From the NCBI GenBank assembly GCA_002189035.1, contig NEEC01000023.1:744001-808000 (forward strand): a stretch of 64,000 nt of DNA. The letters run 5' to 3'. The position numbers and the translations under genes were made by a program. This DNA is from Utricularia gibba. Its lineage: Eukaryota > Plantae > Magnoliophyta. The notes beneath the pieces were generated by a model. That model was not told the origin of the DNA, did not search any database, and was given only the letters and a program-made list of their open reading frames with translations. Shown piece after piece: positions 1 to 11,450 of this stretch. The first letter of the stretch is position 1; the number at the start of each line of letters is the position of its first letter.

Positions 1-420
1 GAGCTTTCTTGATCCCAACTTTTCTCCCTTCCATTGTAACCACCTTATCGGTGCCTGTCGCCTTCCAGTAGCCGGATCCAGCTACTCTATTAGGCCGCGA
101 ACCATTCGGATATTTCCTGTCTCTGGGACTGAAAAAGTACCATTCCTTCTCTCCAAACAAAGCCTTATCTGCAAAAGAAGAGAATTAGAACCAGAAAACC
201 AGAACAAAAACTACCTTCAATCTGTTCCAGTACAACTAACCTGGGAGATCCCACGGATTGAACTTATACAAATCGATTTCTCCAATTATCTGTAGGGAAA
301 AATGATGCCCAGAAACCTTCCGGCACAAGTACTGGACCAAAAGCTCCTCATCCGTGGGGTAAAACCGGAACCCCGGGGCAAATGAAGCTTCGATCGTGGA
401 TCAGATTCTCTTGCAACCAT
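1..420 (-). CDS. NAC transcription factor, stress/ABA clade (ANAC019/055/072-like); 5' part only, gene runs off the window
   Basis: Exon 1 420-241 and exon 2 168-1 (GT-AG intron 240-169) translate to [15 protein letters not shown][[21 protein letters not shown]...[11 protein letters not shown]][42 protein letters not shown]. One base is missing in the G run 375-378 (probable assembly error). Not captured by the ORF track. Confidence 0.93.
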
Positions 421-1090
421 GTTCCTCTTATTCTTCACTCCTCAGGCAAGTTTACACCACTCCCAGGTTCCCCCTTCTCTTCCAGCGAAGAGGAGGAGAT
501 GGGGAATATATATATAGAGAGGAGAAGGGTGAGAAAAGTGAATAGAGGATAAGAATGGCGGCCACTTTCGGGGAAAACATTGATCATGAAATAAACGACA
601 CATAGTCTGCACTCTTCCTTTTTCTTTGGCGGTGGCGCAGCTGGTCTTATCGCAATTCCAAGGGAGCCCCTTGACGGCAGCTGGAGTCAAAAGGCGGACG
701 TCGCGTGCGTGGATTTTGTTTACATATTAAAAATAGTTTTTTAACAGAACATAATTTAAAACTGCTAGAATTATTTTTAACAAAATCCATTCTCAAATAA
801 TTTACACCTTTCAGCGGAATTTACAAATATAGTATTTATTACAAAAAATTCAATTTATGAATGAGATATGATTACGAATGAAAGTTATAAATATATTTAA
901 TAATTTAAATTGATAAAAAAAAATACAAACGATATGCAATGATAAAAAAGATTGATGAATTAATTAATTTTAAACTTTTTTATTGATAATAAAATTACTG
1001 CAATCACATTTGCACCGAGCGACTCATGACTCTACCCACCTGATTTTAGGCGAAAGTGGATAAAGTTTTGAGGAGACGCGCCCAGGAAAA

Positions 1091-1317
1091 TACCACGTGG
1101 GGAATATGCATATGAAACGTGGGAGTTCAAAGGACACGTGGAGAAGATTTGTCAAAAGCTAGAGTTTTGTCGTGTAGCGGAGCAGCTCCAATTTTCAAAA
1201 ATCCGAAATATATTTTTTCCAGAAAAAAAATCTTGTTTTTTTAAGCCTTAGCTTTCCTTCCTGGAAGAGAGACACGTGGAAAGGATTTGTCAAAAGCTAG
1301 CAGTTTTGTCGTGTAGC
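1091..1317. promoter_or_regulatory. ABRE/G-box cluster upstream of the NAC gene, including a ~46-bp direct repeat
   Basis: CACGTGG at 1094; ACGTGG near 1117; GACACGTGG...GATTTGTCAAAAGCTAG(C)AGTTTTGTCGTGTAGC at 1133-1178 and 1271-1317. These lie 0.7-0.9 kb upstream of an ABA-clade NAC ATG. Confidence 0.6.
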
Positions 1318-2307
1318 CAGACGAAATTCTAATTTAAGATCCAAATATTATTTATTTTATTTTTAGTTTTTAGAATAATATTTTTGCCCGAACCCAGGTC
1401 CTGAGAAATCGGGCGGCGGCGGCGGCTTCCAAGCTTCAGGAGTAACCGCGTATCTCCCGGCCGAGAGTTTCGTGTACGTTTCTTTTCACTAAACGATAGC
1501 TTTTGGATTATTCTCTGCTGTCCTTATCGAATTCTATGTGCCTCCCTCTCTTTTGTTTTGTCTTATTTTTCGACCGAAGTAATGGATGTGCTATTGCTAC
1601 TCTACTCTTCTCCTTAAATGGAATTGCTTGCTATTGGGATTTTTTTCCTTGTTTGAAATCGGTACTGGAACCTTTGTTTCTTCAATGGAATAGACTGAAA
1701 GATATACACTTGCAGAGCAAAGCGGTGTAGGGACTCATCGGACGAGAATTTTGAACCCTAAAGTCAGATTCTTTCTTAAAATGTTTGTCATATAGGGATC
1801 AGAAGGGTCAAGGAGCCCAGGAAAGAATTTGCTGTGACGCTTGAGGGATGGTATGCGGTTTCGATTTTTCAAGTATTTGGATCAAGTCCAGTGCATGTGT
1901 TAAAGTCTGTTCCTTTTATTTTTTTTTTTTTTTGTTGAATTCATGGTTAGCGGAATCAGTTTACCTTGAGGAAAATTCTGTGCTGTGAACAAGAAGACTT
2001 GTAGTTTCGACCATATAATGGCAATTTTATGATGCTGCTGTATGATAGAAAGTCTATTGCCGTATAAAGTTATTCCGTGAACCATGAACTGGTGTTTCTT
2101 GCATTTTGTTTCAGGGGTCTTCTTGATACTTAAGCTAAATTCTGGATATTTTTCCTCATTGCTATCTTCTATGGAGTATGAGATTGATGATGATGTAAAT
2201 GGCGAAGTAGTGGGAAGCGCCGTCTGTTAGCTGTTGATGGCGATGAGGATGATGAAGATGCATTTGTTGGAACAATTTATTGTAGAAGTTTTGCTTTTGA
2301 GACTTAG

Positions 2308-3185
2308 GCACCGAGAGGTGTAATGAATCCCTCCAAAAGGTTGGCAAACAATATGACGCGGTTGTGAATATTCAAAGAGACGAACCGCTTGTAGATCCTG
2401 AGATCACAGATGGAATCGTCAAAGCCCTTCAGGTATATTTAAGCTGCCTTAAACCGAGGATCATCAATGCGTTCTGCTATGAATAATCGAGCTTCTATTA
2501 CTGGCACATCCGAATAGGCATCTCCTGTTTAGCACTGCAGTTACTAGTTTGAAAGCTGAGGAGGGATTTGATCCCAACAGAGTAAAATGTGTGGTGGATA
2601 ATCATGCCTACGCAATATAGTTCTCCAGAGGCTCATGCTTTTCAACAAGTTGGTTCTTTGCATTTGATCACTTGTTATTCGTGATGCTTGTGGACTCCTA
2701 TACTGTGCATCATCAGATCAGGGCAAGTCAATCCTCGATTTCCTTGTTCATCTTGGGATTCAGGCACGCAATGCATGTTTTCTTGTGACATTTATGAAGG
2801 AATCAACTGCTGTCACGGCAATTATCGTGTAAGGAGCAGGGCTTCGAAGCTAAGTTTCTCCAAATCTAGTCTGAGCTGCAGCCGAGTCCACTTTAACTTG
2901 AGGAAGACCTCGAATAGCTCAAGGTCCTTGAGAATGGATACAAGATGAAGGTCTGCTCCTCTCCCAGCTCAATCACACGTCTTTGACCGATTTCTTGATT
3001 ACAGAGTCTGCACCTCCTTTCTGAGAATAGGGGAAAAGGGTAGTTTTGATGGTTAGGGTGTTGTGCTGATATTTCTTCCTGCTGCTGCTTCACAGATGAT
3101 CAAAGTCAACCATGAATCCCATGCTGTTGATGTCGCAGAAGACGTTCACAAAATAGAGAAGTACATGAAGGAAAACATGGGGTGA
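2308..3185 (+). pseudogene. KDSB: CMP-Kdo synthetase (3-deoxy-manno-octulosonate cytidylyltransferase) pseudogene, 3' exons only
   Basis: Exons translate to TERCNESLQKVGKQYDAVVNIQRDEPLVDPEITDGIVKALQ / FSTAVTSLKAEEGFDPNRVKCVVDNHAYAI*FSRG / SGQVNPRFP(fs)HLGIQ / SELQPSPL*LEEDLE*LKVLENGYKMK / MIKVNHESHAVDVAEDVHKIEKYMKENMG*. Stops at 2618-2620, 2894-2896 and 2915-2917, a frameshifting deletion of about 5 nt near 2745, and QGDEP changed to QRDEP. The N-terminal IIPAR exons were not found. Confidence 0.9.
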
Positions 3186-4241
3186 ACTTTCAACACAGTC
3201 TGCGTTCATCCCCTTCTTTCTAGCCATGCTTTCGACTTATAGCTGCTCAACTTCCGGGAAGAAACTGAAAACTGATTCGTAGGATCTTTTGCTAGGGAGT
3301 TATCAGGAGTAGAGGAAAAGGTGATTTCCCATTGGGAGTCGACATTCTCTAGACTGCAGCAAATGCTTAAGAAAAATTTAATTAATGCGTGAGCAATGAG
3401 CATGTGGGGAGGTGGGAGATGCCGCCGAACTGCATTTACGGCTGGACGGTTACACTTGCAGTGGCGTTTGCGAACCCACGACCACGCGCCGAGGAGGCGC
3501 GTGCTACTACCCATCAAGGTAGTCCTTTTTTACAACCCTGTCAATACGAATCGAGCAAATATCTTTTGATTGTGAAACAAAGAGAAATTAGGGTTGATCG
3601 TGAAATTAATTAGTGGAGATGCTGTAACTGCAAGTTTCTCTCCCGAAGCTTGAGGCCAGCACTTGGTAAAGTTGAAGGATCAAAACCCCCTGGAAGGAAA
3701 GTGAACACATCTGGTGAGAAGCTGTAAAAAAAATCTCCCCTCTTAATTTGAATCTCCTTTCCTGTCTGTTCGACTTGCCGTGCAAAGCAGTTCATTATGC
3801 TTATTGTAAAGGGAAGGGAGCGCGAACATAGAAGATCGGGATCCCTCCTACCCCTTCCGGTTTTCACCCTGTTTCTACCCGGCCAACCGTCTATGCCCTA
3901 GATCCACTCGTGTTACAAAACCTTGTCTTCAGCTTACTCGCATGCTCCATTGCTGACGTTGAGTAAAGTTAGGGATGCCCTTTTTGCTATTTGGCTGGGA
4001 TTTTCGAGTGGAAAGGTCGCTTTTTGTGACTTTCCGAAGGTGGGGTAGCCTTTGCGAAAAGTGAGCTTTTTTATACTTAACTGATTTACGGTTTTTCCAG
4101 TACGATTTGTGAATTCGGAGTTGGTTTTTGGCGTTTCTTTTCGGATGAATTGTGTACCGTTTCTTGGAACAAAAGATGGGTCAGCGGAAAGAGGCGATGT
4201 ACTTGGACATTGAGGGACTTTATTGAGAATTTTGCAGTAGA

Positions 4242-7017
4242 ATGGGTTGCGTTTGTGGTAAGCCATATGCCGTCCGCCGCAATGGCTCGGAGAGGTTATC
4301 CGAGAAAACACCATCGGAAGTGCGAATTACGAGACCAGTTTACTCGACGAGGGAGGAGCGGTATCGCCTCAAGGATCGGCTGGATTCTAGCAGCAATAAT
4401 GAAACGGTGATACTGATAAATAAACAACTGAACGCTAGGCTGCAGGAAGAAAATGCCGATAGAAAGAGGGAAAAGGCCGTGTGTTCCTCAGGTTTACGTC
4501 ATTCTGGCTTGTTTGTGGTTCCTAGAGCAGTTGAAGGGGAACAGGTTGCGGCTGGATGGCCTCCTTGGTTGGCTGCAGTGGCAGGTGATGCCATTGCAGG
4601 TTGGGTGCCTAGGAAGGCGGACTCTTTTGAGAAACTTGACAAGGTTGCTACTTTTTTAGTGTGAATCATTGAAATTCTGATCACCCATGAGGAACCCTTT
4701 TTTTTCTGCAGATTGGTCAGGGGACGTACAGCAATGTTTATCGTGCTCGGGATCTTGATCAAGGAAGGATTGTTGCTTTAAAGAAAGTAAGGTTCGATAA
4801 TCATGAGCCTGAAAGTGTACGTTTCATGGCTAGGGAAATTCATATTTTGCGACGACTGAACCATCCAAATGTAATTAAGTTGGACGGCCTTGTTACTTCA
4901 CGAATGTCATGTAGCTTGTACCTTGTTTTTGAGTACATGGAGCATGATTTGGCTGGACTTGCATCACACCCTGGGCTCAAGTTTACTGAACCTCAGGTAT
5001 CTACGCAGTTTGTATCCTGTGAAGTTAATTACTTTTGATGAGTTGGTAAGACTTGTCACGGCTTCCAATCAATTTTCATATCAGAGGCTTTCTTCCTGAT
5101 CCTTTTTGTTTCTCTTCCAGGTCAAGTGTTACATGAAGCAACTTCTACAAGGGCTTGATCATTGTCACAGTCGAGGTGTCCTCCATCGTGACATAAAAGG
5201 TTCTAATCTTCTTATTGACAACAATGGTATTCTGAAGATCGCAGACTTTGGTCTGGCTAGTTTTTATAATCCTGATCAGAGTCAGCCTCTGACAAGCCGT
5301 GTTGTGACTCTCTGGTACCGTCCCCCTGAGCTCCTCCTTGGGGCAACCCACTATGGGGCTGCCGTTGATTTGTGGAGCGCAGGCTGTATTGTTGCTGAGT
5401 TATATGCTGGCAAGCCTATCATGCCTGGAAGAACGGAGGTAGTAAATTTTTTGTAAGCTCAATCTCAACAATTGTCTGATGCTAAATCAATATCATAGTG
5501 GTTAATTCTACGTGAAGCTGTTTGCACATGCACTTTTAGGTTGAGCAGTTGCACAAAATTTTCAAACTATGTGGATCACCTTCTGAGGAGTACTGGAGAA
5601 AATCCAAGTTGTTTCATGCAACTATTTTCAAGCCCCAGCAACCTTACAAGCGCCATGTTGCTGAAATATATAAAGATTTCCCAGCTCCAGCTTTGGCTCT
5701 CGTAGAAATATTATTGTCCATAGATCCTGCTGATCGTGGATCTGCAGCTTCTGCTTTGAAAAGCGAGGTATGAAGGTTGTATGTAATTTGAAGAGAATCT
5801 GACAGGAAATTTGATTCTGCTTCTTTCTTGTAGTTCTTTACTACCTCTCCGCTTCCTTGTGAGCCTTCAAGTTTGCCCAAATATCCTCCAAGCAAGGAGC
5901 TTGATGCCAAAGTAAGAGATGAAGAAGCAAGGAGGTGAATGGCAGCACATGTGAAATTGAGTTTATCTTTCATGGTTAGTCATATTGTCGTTGTTAGGAA
6001 GATAAACTATCTGGCTGGATGAAATCTGCAGGCAAGCAGCAGCTGTAAGGAGGGGTGAAAAGTTCATCGTAGAAAACACGAGCAAAGAATCCCGTGCCGT
6101 TCCTGCACCTGATGCCAATGCTGAACTGATGCCATCAATGCAGGTCACTGGCTTCCTAGCCTTCTTGTATTCATTGTTTATCTTGCCCTCGGCCTGGTTT
6201 CTCAACTGTTGACTTCCCCTTTGGCCATACAGAAAAGACATGCTCAATGCAGCATGAAGAGCAGGAGTGAGATGTTCAATTCTCACCCTGAAGAGGTGGC
6301 ATCTGGTTTTCCGATTGATCCGCCTAGACATTCTCAGTCAGTAGAGGATGATAATGAACCCCATGGAAATACACACAAGAGGGCTTCCCATTCCGGGCCT
6401 TTGGTCAGTCGGTGTGCCTCGGCGAAAACAGGGAAGAGCACAGAAGATTCTCCCTCATCGAAGCATCTGGATGTTACGGAGTTATCAGCCATGTCTGGTT
6501 TAGTAGCATCCAGGAGGAGCATGCTATATGAAGAGCACAGAGAGAGAAGCTTTTCTCAGCTGGAAGTTCCAAAGCTTATTTCTCGGTTTCCAGGCTCTCT
6601 CAAAGAGACATCAAATACCACAATGAGGCAAAATCCAACAACCGAGTGCCAAAATGATGAAGAAAGTACTAGCAACATTGCTGTTCTTGTAAGTTATCCT
6701 TGCATTTGCGCGTTTACTGAAGTAGGAGTAGCCAAGCCTTTTGCCAACGAACTGGAATCAGTTAGCCATCACAAATATACATTGTTTGCGTGTTGTTGTG
6801 GCAGGATAAAAGACCAAAAAAGAACAAAATCCAGTACTCAGGACCTTTGCTTGCACCATCAGGCAAAGTGGATCAAATGCTCAAGGATCACGACCGGCAG
6901 GTCCAGGAGGCTGTCAGACGGGCTCGGTTAGACAAGGAGAGACTACGGAAACGGCACCAGCAGCTGGTTGTTGGGAACCAACTCTCATCGAAGACGCTGT
7001 TTATCTCAGGTCGATGA
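4242..7017 (+). CDS. CDK-like (CKL/IBS1 family) Ser/Thr protein kinase
   Basis: 8 exons: 4242-4643, 4712-4996, 5121-5438, 5540-5767, 5834-5934, 6032-6143, 6233-6688, 6805-7017. Myristoylation-type MGCVCGK start, GWPPWL, IGQGTYSNVY, HRDIKGSN, DFG, TSRVVTLWYRPPE and C-terminal YSGPL motifs. Confidence 0.95.
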
Positions 7018-8216
7018 CGGATAACTGATACCAAAGTAGGTTAACTAACACATGAAATGCAAAAGCATGCAAGCATCCACAACGTCATTCCTGATTCTTC
7101 TTCCTTCAATAATCGTTATTTTTTTCTATTTGATGGATCTATGTATAGTCCCTTGTTGCAGAGCTAAAGTAGCATGTTTTTAGGCTACTCTTGTATACTC
7201 CGTTCTAGCTCACCTTCAGTATGACATCAAACTGCGGCTCTGGGTGTGCATGAATGAAGGCCGTTCTTGTAAAGGGATCTCTCTTTTTTTTTAATCCCGA
7301 GAATTTGAGTGGTGATCTTCGACAATGCTTTGGGTAAACAGGAATCATGATCTGCAATTCAACTGGGAATTCCACAGCCAATGGAGAGATCAAGATTCCA
7401 GACACTGTTTATGCTTCAATTCCCATTATCCTCCCTTTAATGAGAATTGATTCTGTTTTGCCAATGAGATTTGAAGTCTGGATATGCTCAAGATTTGTTC
7501 TAGCTGCCAGAGAACTGGCGAATAGGAGGAGCAGTTGTGTTGGATTTGTCTTGACTCTTAATTTCTTCCGTGGAATAGGGACAAAAGGGATAATCATGAT
7601 GGTTATAAGGTGTCGGAGCAAATACAAATGTCAGCAGAGAAGTCAGACAAGGCACACCTCTCAGAGCAATCAGTCAAGCTGTCAAGTTCATCAAGTGTCC
7701 AAACCCACCCACATCCACCAGACGATTCCTCTTTGAAAATTCAAAAACAACAACACGAACCTGACACTTCTGACATCAGGTTCTCCATTTTTCAGGACAA
7801 AGGTTTAGGCAAGAAGGAGAGTGTTTAGCAGCATCATGAAATAGGCGATATAGAACAAGGGGAGAGCTTGAGGTTGAAGTCTTTAGGAAGTGGGATGAAA
7901 TGGGATCTGTCGTTGCTTCTTCTTGATGCTAATCACTTGAGGCCAAAACCTACGCCCATCATTGAAGAATCTGATGAAATGAGAAAGTTGTAAAAAAGTG
8001 AGGATTTTAGATGACCTGTATGTAGCTTTTGGATCACAACTTGAAGATTTTATCTCTGACTCGTAAGGCTCACCCTCCGACTTCAAATCAGAAGGTGAAA
8101 AAAACCAAGCTTTCTTGGATTCCCCTCGCGGTTTCCACCCTTCTTCTACAGCAGCACCAAATCAACTGCTGCCCCTTGTTGTGTGTGTTTCCTCATTCCT
8201 TGGCTTGGTTGCGAAG

Positions 8217-8858
8217 ATGGAGTCAACCCCACCAAGAATTCGAGACATAGAGCCTGCATCTTCCCCGAAGAGCAATGGCGGCACAGCCAATTGCTCCCAA
8301 TCCGCGCCGCCGATTGTGAGATCTCTGGACCAGAGTCCATACTCAACAACCTTCGTCCAAGCTGACGCCTCGAATTTTAAGCACGTCGTGCAAATGCTCA
8401 CAGGATCCTCCGATGCCACGACGAAACAGCAGCCCACAAAGGGAGGAAGCGTTCCTCCGATCAAGAGCGTCGCCCAGAAGAAACCCGGGTTCAAACTTTA
8501 CGAACGGAGGAACACGCTGAGAAAGGGGCTTATGATAAACACTTTGGGGAGCGGGTACTCGAGCAACAGTTCCAGAAGTTTCTCGCCCCGAAACCCCGAG
8601 ATCTTGTCTCCGAGTTTTCTGGATTTCCCCTCGCTGGTCATCAGCCCGGCTACTCCCCTCAACCAGGATTGCTTGAGCGGCTCTTCTGCCGTACCCTCTC
8701 CAATTCTACCCACCGAGGAGGAGAAGGCGATTGCAGCGAAGAAGTTTTATCTCCATCCTTCACCTCCGGCGACACCCGGAAATGCGATTGTGGCGCCTCA
8801 ACTTTTGCCACTATTTCCGGTTACCTCACCACGGGTTTCTGAATCGTCGTCTTCTTGA
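8217..8858 (+). CDS. VQ-motif protein, MVQ/VQ4-like clade (MPK3/6-substrate type)
   Basis: Single exon from ATG 8217. TTFVQADASNFKHVVQMLTG, KLYERR, EILSPSFLDFPSLVISPATPL, EEKAIAAKKFYLHPSP and PQLLPLFPVTSPR. Confidence 0.92.
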   Translation: MESTPPRIRDIEPASSPKSNGGTANCSQSAPPIVRSLDQSPYSTTFVQADASNFKHVVQMLTGSSDATTKQQPTKGGSVPPIKSVAQKKPGFKLYERRNTLRKGLMINTLGSGYSSNSSRSFSPRNPEILSPSFLDFPSLVISPATPLNQDCLSGSSAVPSPILPTEEEKAIAAKKFYLHPSPPATPGNAIVAPQLLPLFPVTSPRVSESSSS

Positions 8859-9767
8859 TCAGAATTGAGTTTGATTCCCTGAATTGTACACCTAATTCCT
8901 AGTTTTGTTAGTGAAATCAATTTTTAGGAATGAAATATTCTTTACGAAAAACGCTCCTTTCCTTTTCTTCACTTGAACACCATGTCAGTCAAGCAGGAGC
9001 CTTGGAGGGATACTGCAAGGCATAAAATTTGTCCACATTTCTTTACTTCCATTCTGCGCACCAAAGGGTAGTGCTTTTCTTGCAATCTGCAGATGCAGCC
9101 AGCAGCCTCAGCGCCGGTATTGGATCTTGCCATAGTTCCTTAATTTCGATGCATTCTGAGATTGCTTTTCCAAAACTTTTGCAGCTGAAACATGCTTTGT
9201 TCGTTTCTCTGATGCGTAACTTGAGTTTTCGGCTACTCAGGAAGTGTGGATCATAAAAAAACAAGTCCGAGTTTTAACAACAAAGCAAACAGGTAGGAGT
9301 ATGGAGTTCTGATGAATGTGGATGATTGAAACGTATGTGTATGAAAATGCTGCACCAGTAGGAGCAGCAGGACGGGAATCTGATCGGTGACTGTTTTCAG
9401 CGCAGCTGGTGGAATTGGCCTTCGGCTACTCTAGTGGGATCGGCCGCTGTGGTCGCGGCTCTTTCTCCGCGTGCCTTAAAAATCTCTGCTTACTCCTATA
9501 GTTTGGTGCATTTGGGAATTGTAAAATACTGCAGAAGAGCCATTTTTTTCCTATATTATAAAAATTATGTTTGTAACAATGTTGGACTGAAAACCTGTCC
9601 ATTAATTGTCATTCCATATGTGAAAATCTCAGAGGTAATCAACTGTAGTCAAAGCATGCAATCCATCAGCCAAAAACACAGTGAAGAAGAGCACTGATGA
9701 TCGGCAGGCTTGGGGATGATAAATGAAATAGGCAGGGCAGGCAGGTAATGAAGCAATCTTGAGTAGT

Positions 9768-10788
<1,021 letters not shown>

Positions 10789-11450
10789 CTACAAGCTCAA
10801 TCGGTCCCCGATACCTAATGCTGCAGGCCCTGAGAAGAAGCAAGATCCCTGCGGCGGCGCCAGAGTTCACCGACGCGAAGGAGGAAGTGTTGAATGTGGG
10901 GTAAAAGCTTCTCTGGGTCGTCTTGAACCGGTAACTCGCGTTAATCCGATTTAATTCGTTGTTAATTCTAAATTTAAGTTAAATTATTTTTTTCTTTTTT
11001 AAAAACTGAACCGAATAAATTAAAAAATAGGTCCGACCCTTTCTTTTTTGAGTGTTGATTAAATTTGAAATTAATTAATAAAAAATCCATTTAATGATTT
11101 TAGTTTGGGATCATGGTCTATATTTCTAACGTTTATTGTTAAAATATAGTGCCGTAGACAGGCAGTTTCAACAATTGGGCCCACCAGCAACACGTACATT
11201 TAATACTTGATGTGCGTAACCATGGTTAGGTGTCGTCATTTTCACCTCATGGTTAGGTATTTCTCTATCTTATCCATCTTCTTCCACTACGGCCACTTGA
11301 CACAAGTCCACGTGAATTCGCAGTAGCAGCCGTCTGCGTTCTCCAGCCTTCACTTCGTTCCCACACACGCTCTCCATTTGTGCATATTCCGGCTTTTTGA
11401 GTTCAATTGGCAGACAGAGCTAGAGCTACTGCACCTGCACCTCGATCGCC

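Noticed and set aside
3206-4314. ORF-track ORFs at 3206-3517, 3389-3613, 3610-3867 and 3934-4314
   Set aside because: No recognisable domain or consistent splice model. The region is promoter or possible gene debris upstream of the kinase.
7205-7736. Possible decayed LRR receptor-like-protein fragment on the minus strand (SILIKGR...NSVWNLDLS..GIPS*I)
   Set aside because: The similarity is only a few residues across frames and cannot be supported without a search.
9043-9264. 73-aa minus-strand ORF between the VQ and Rab genes
   Set aside because: Protein-like but unrecognised, with a weak start context and no homology evidence available.
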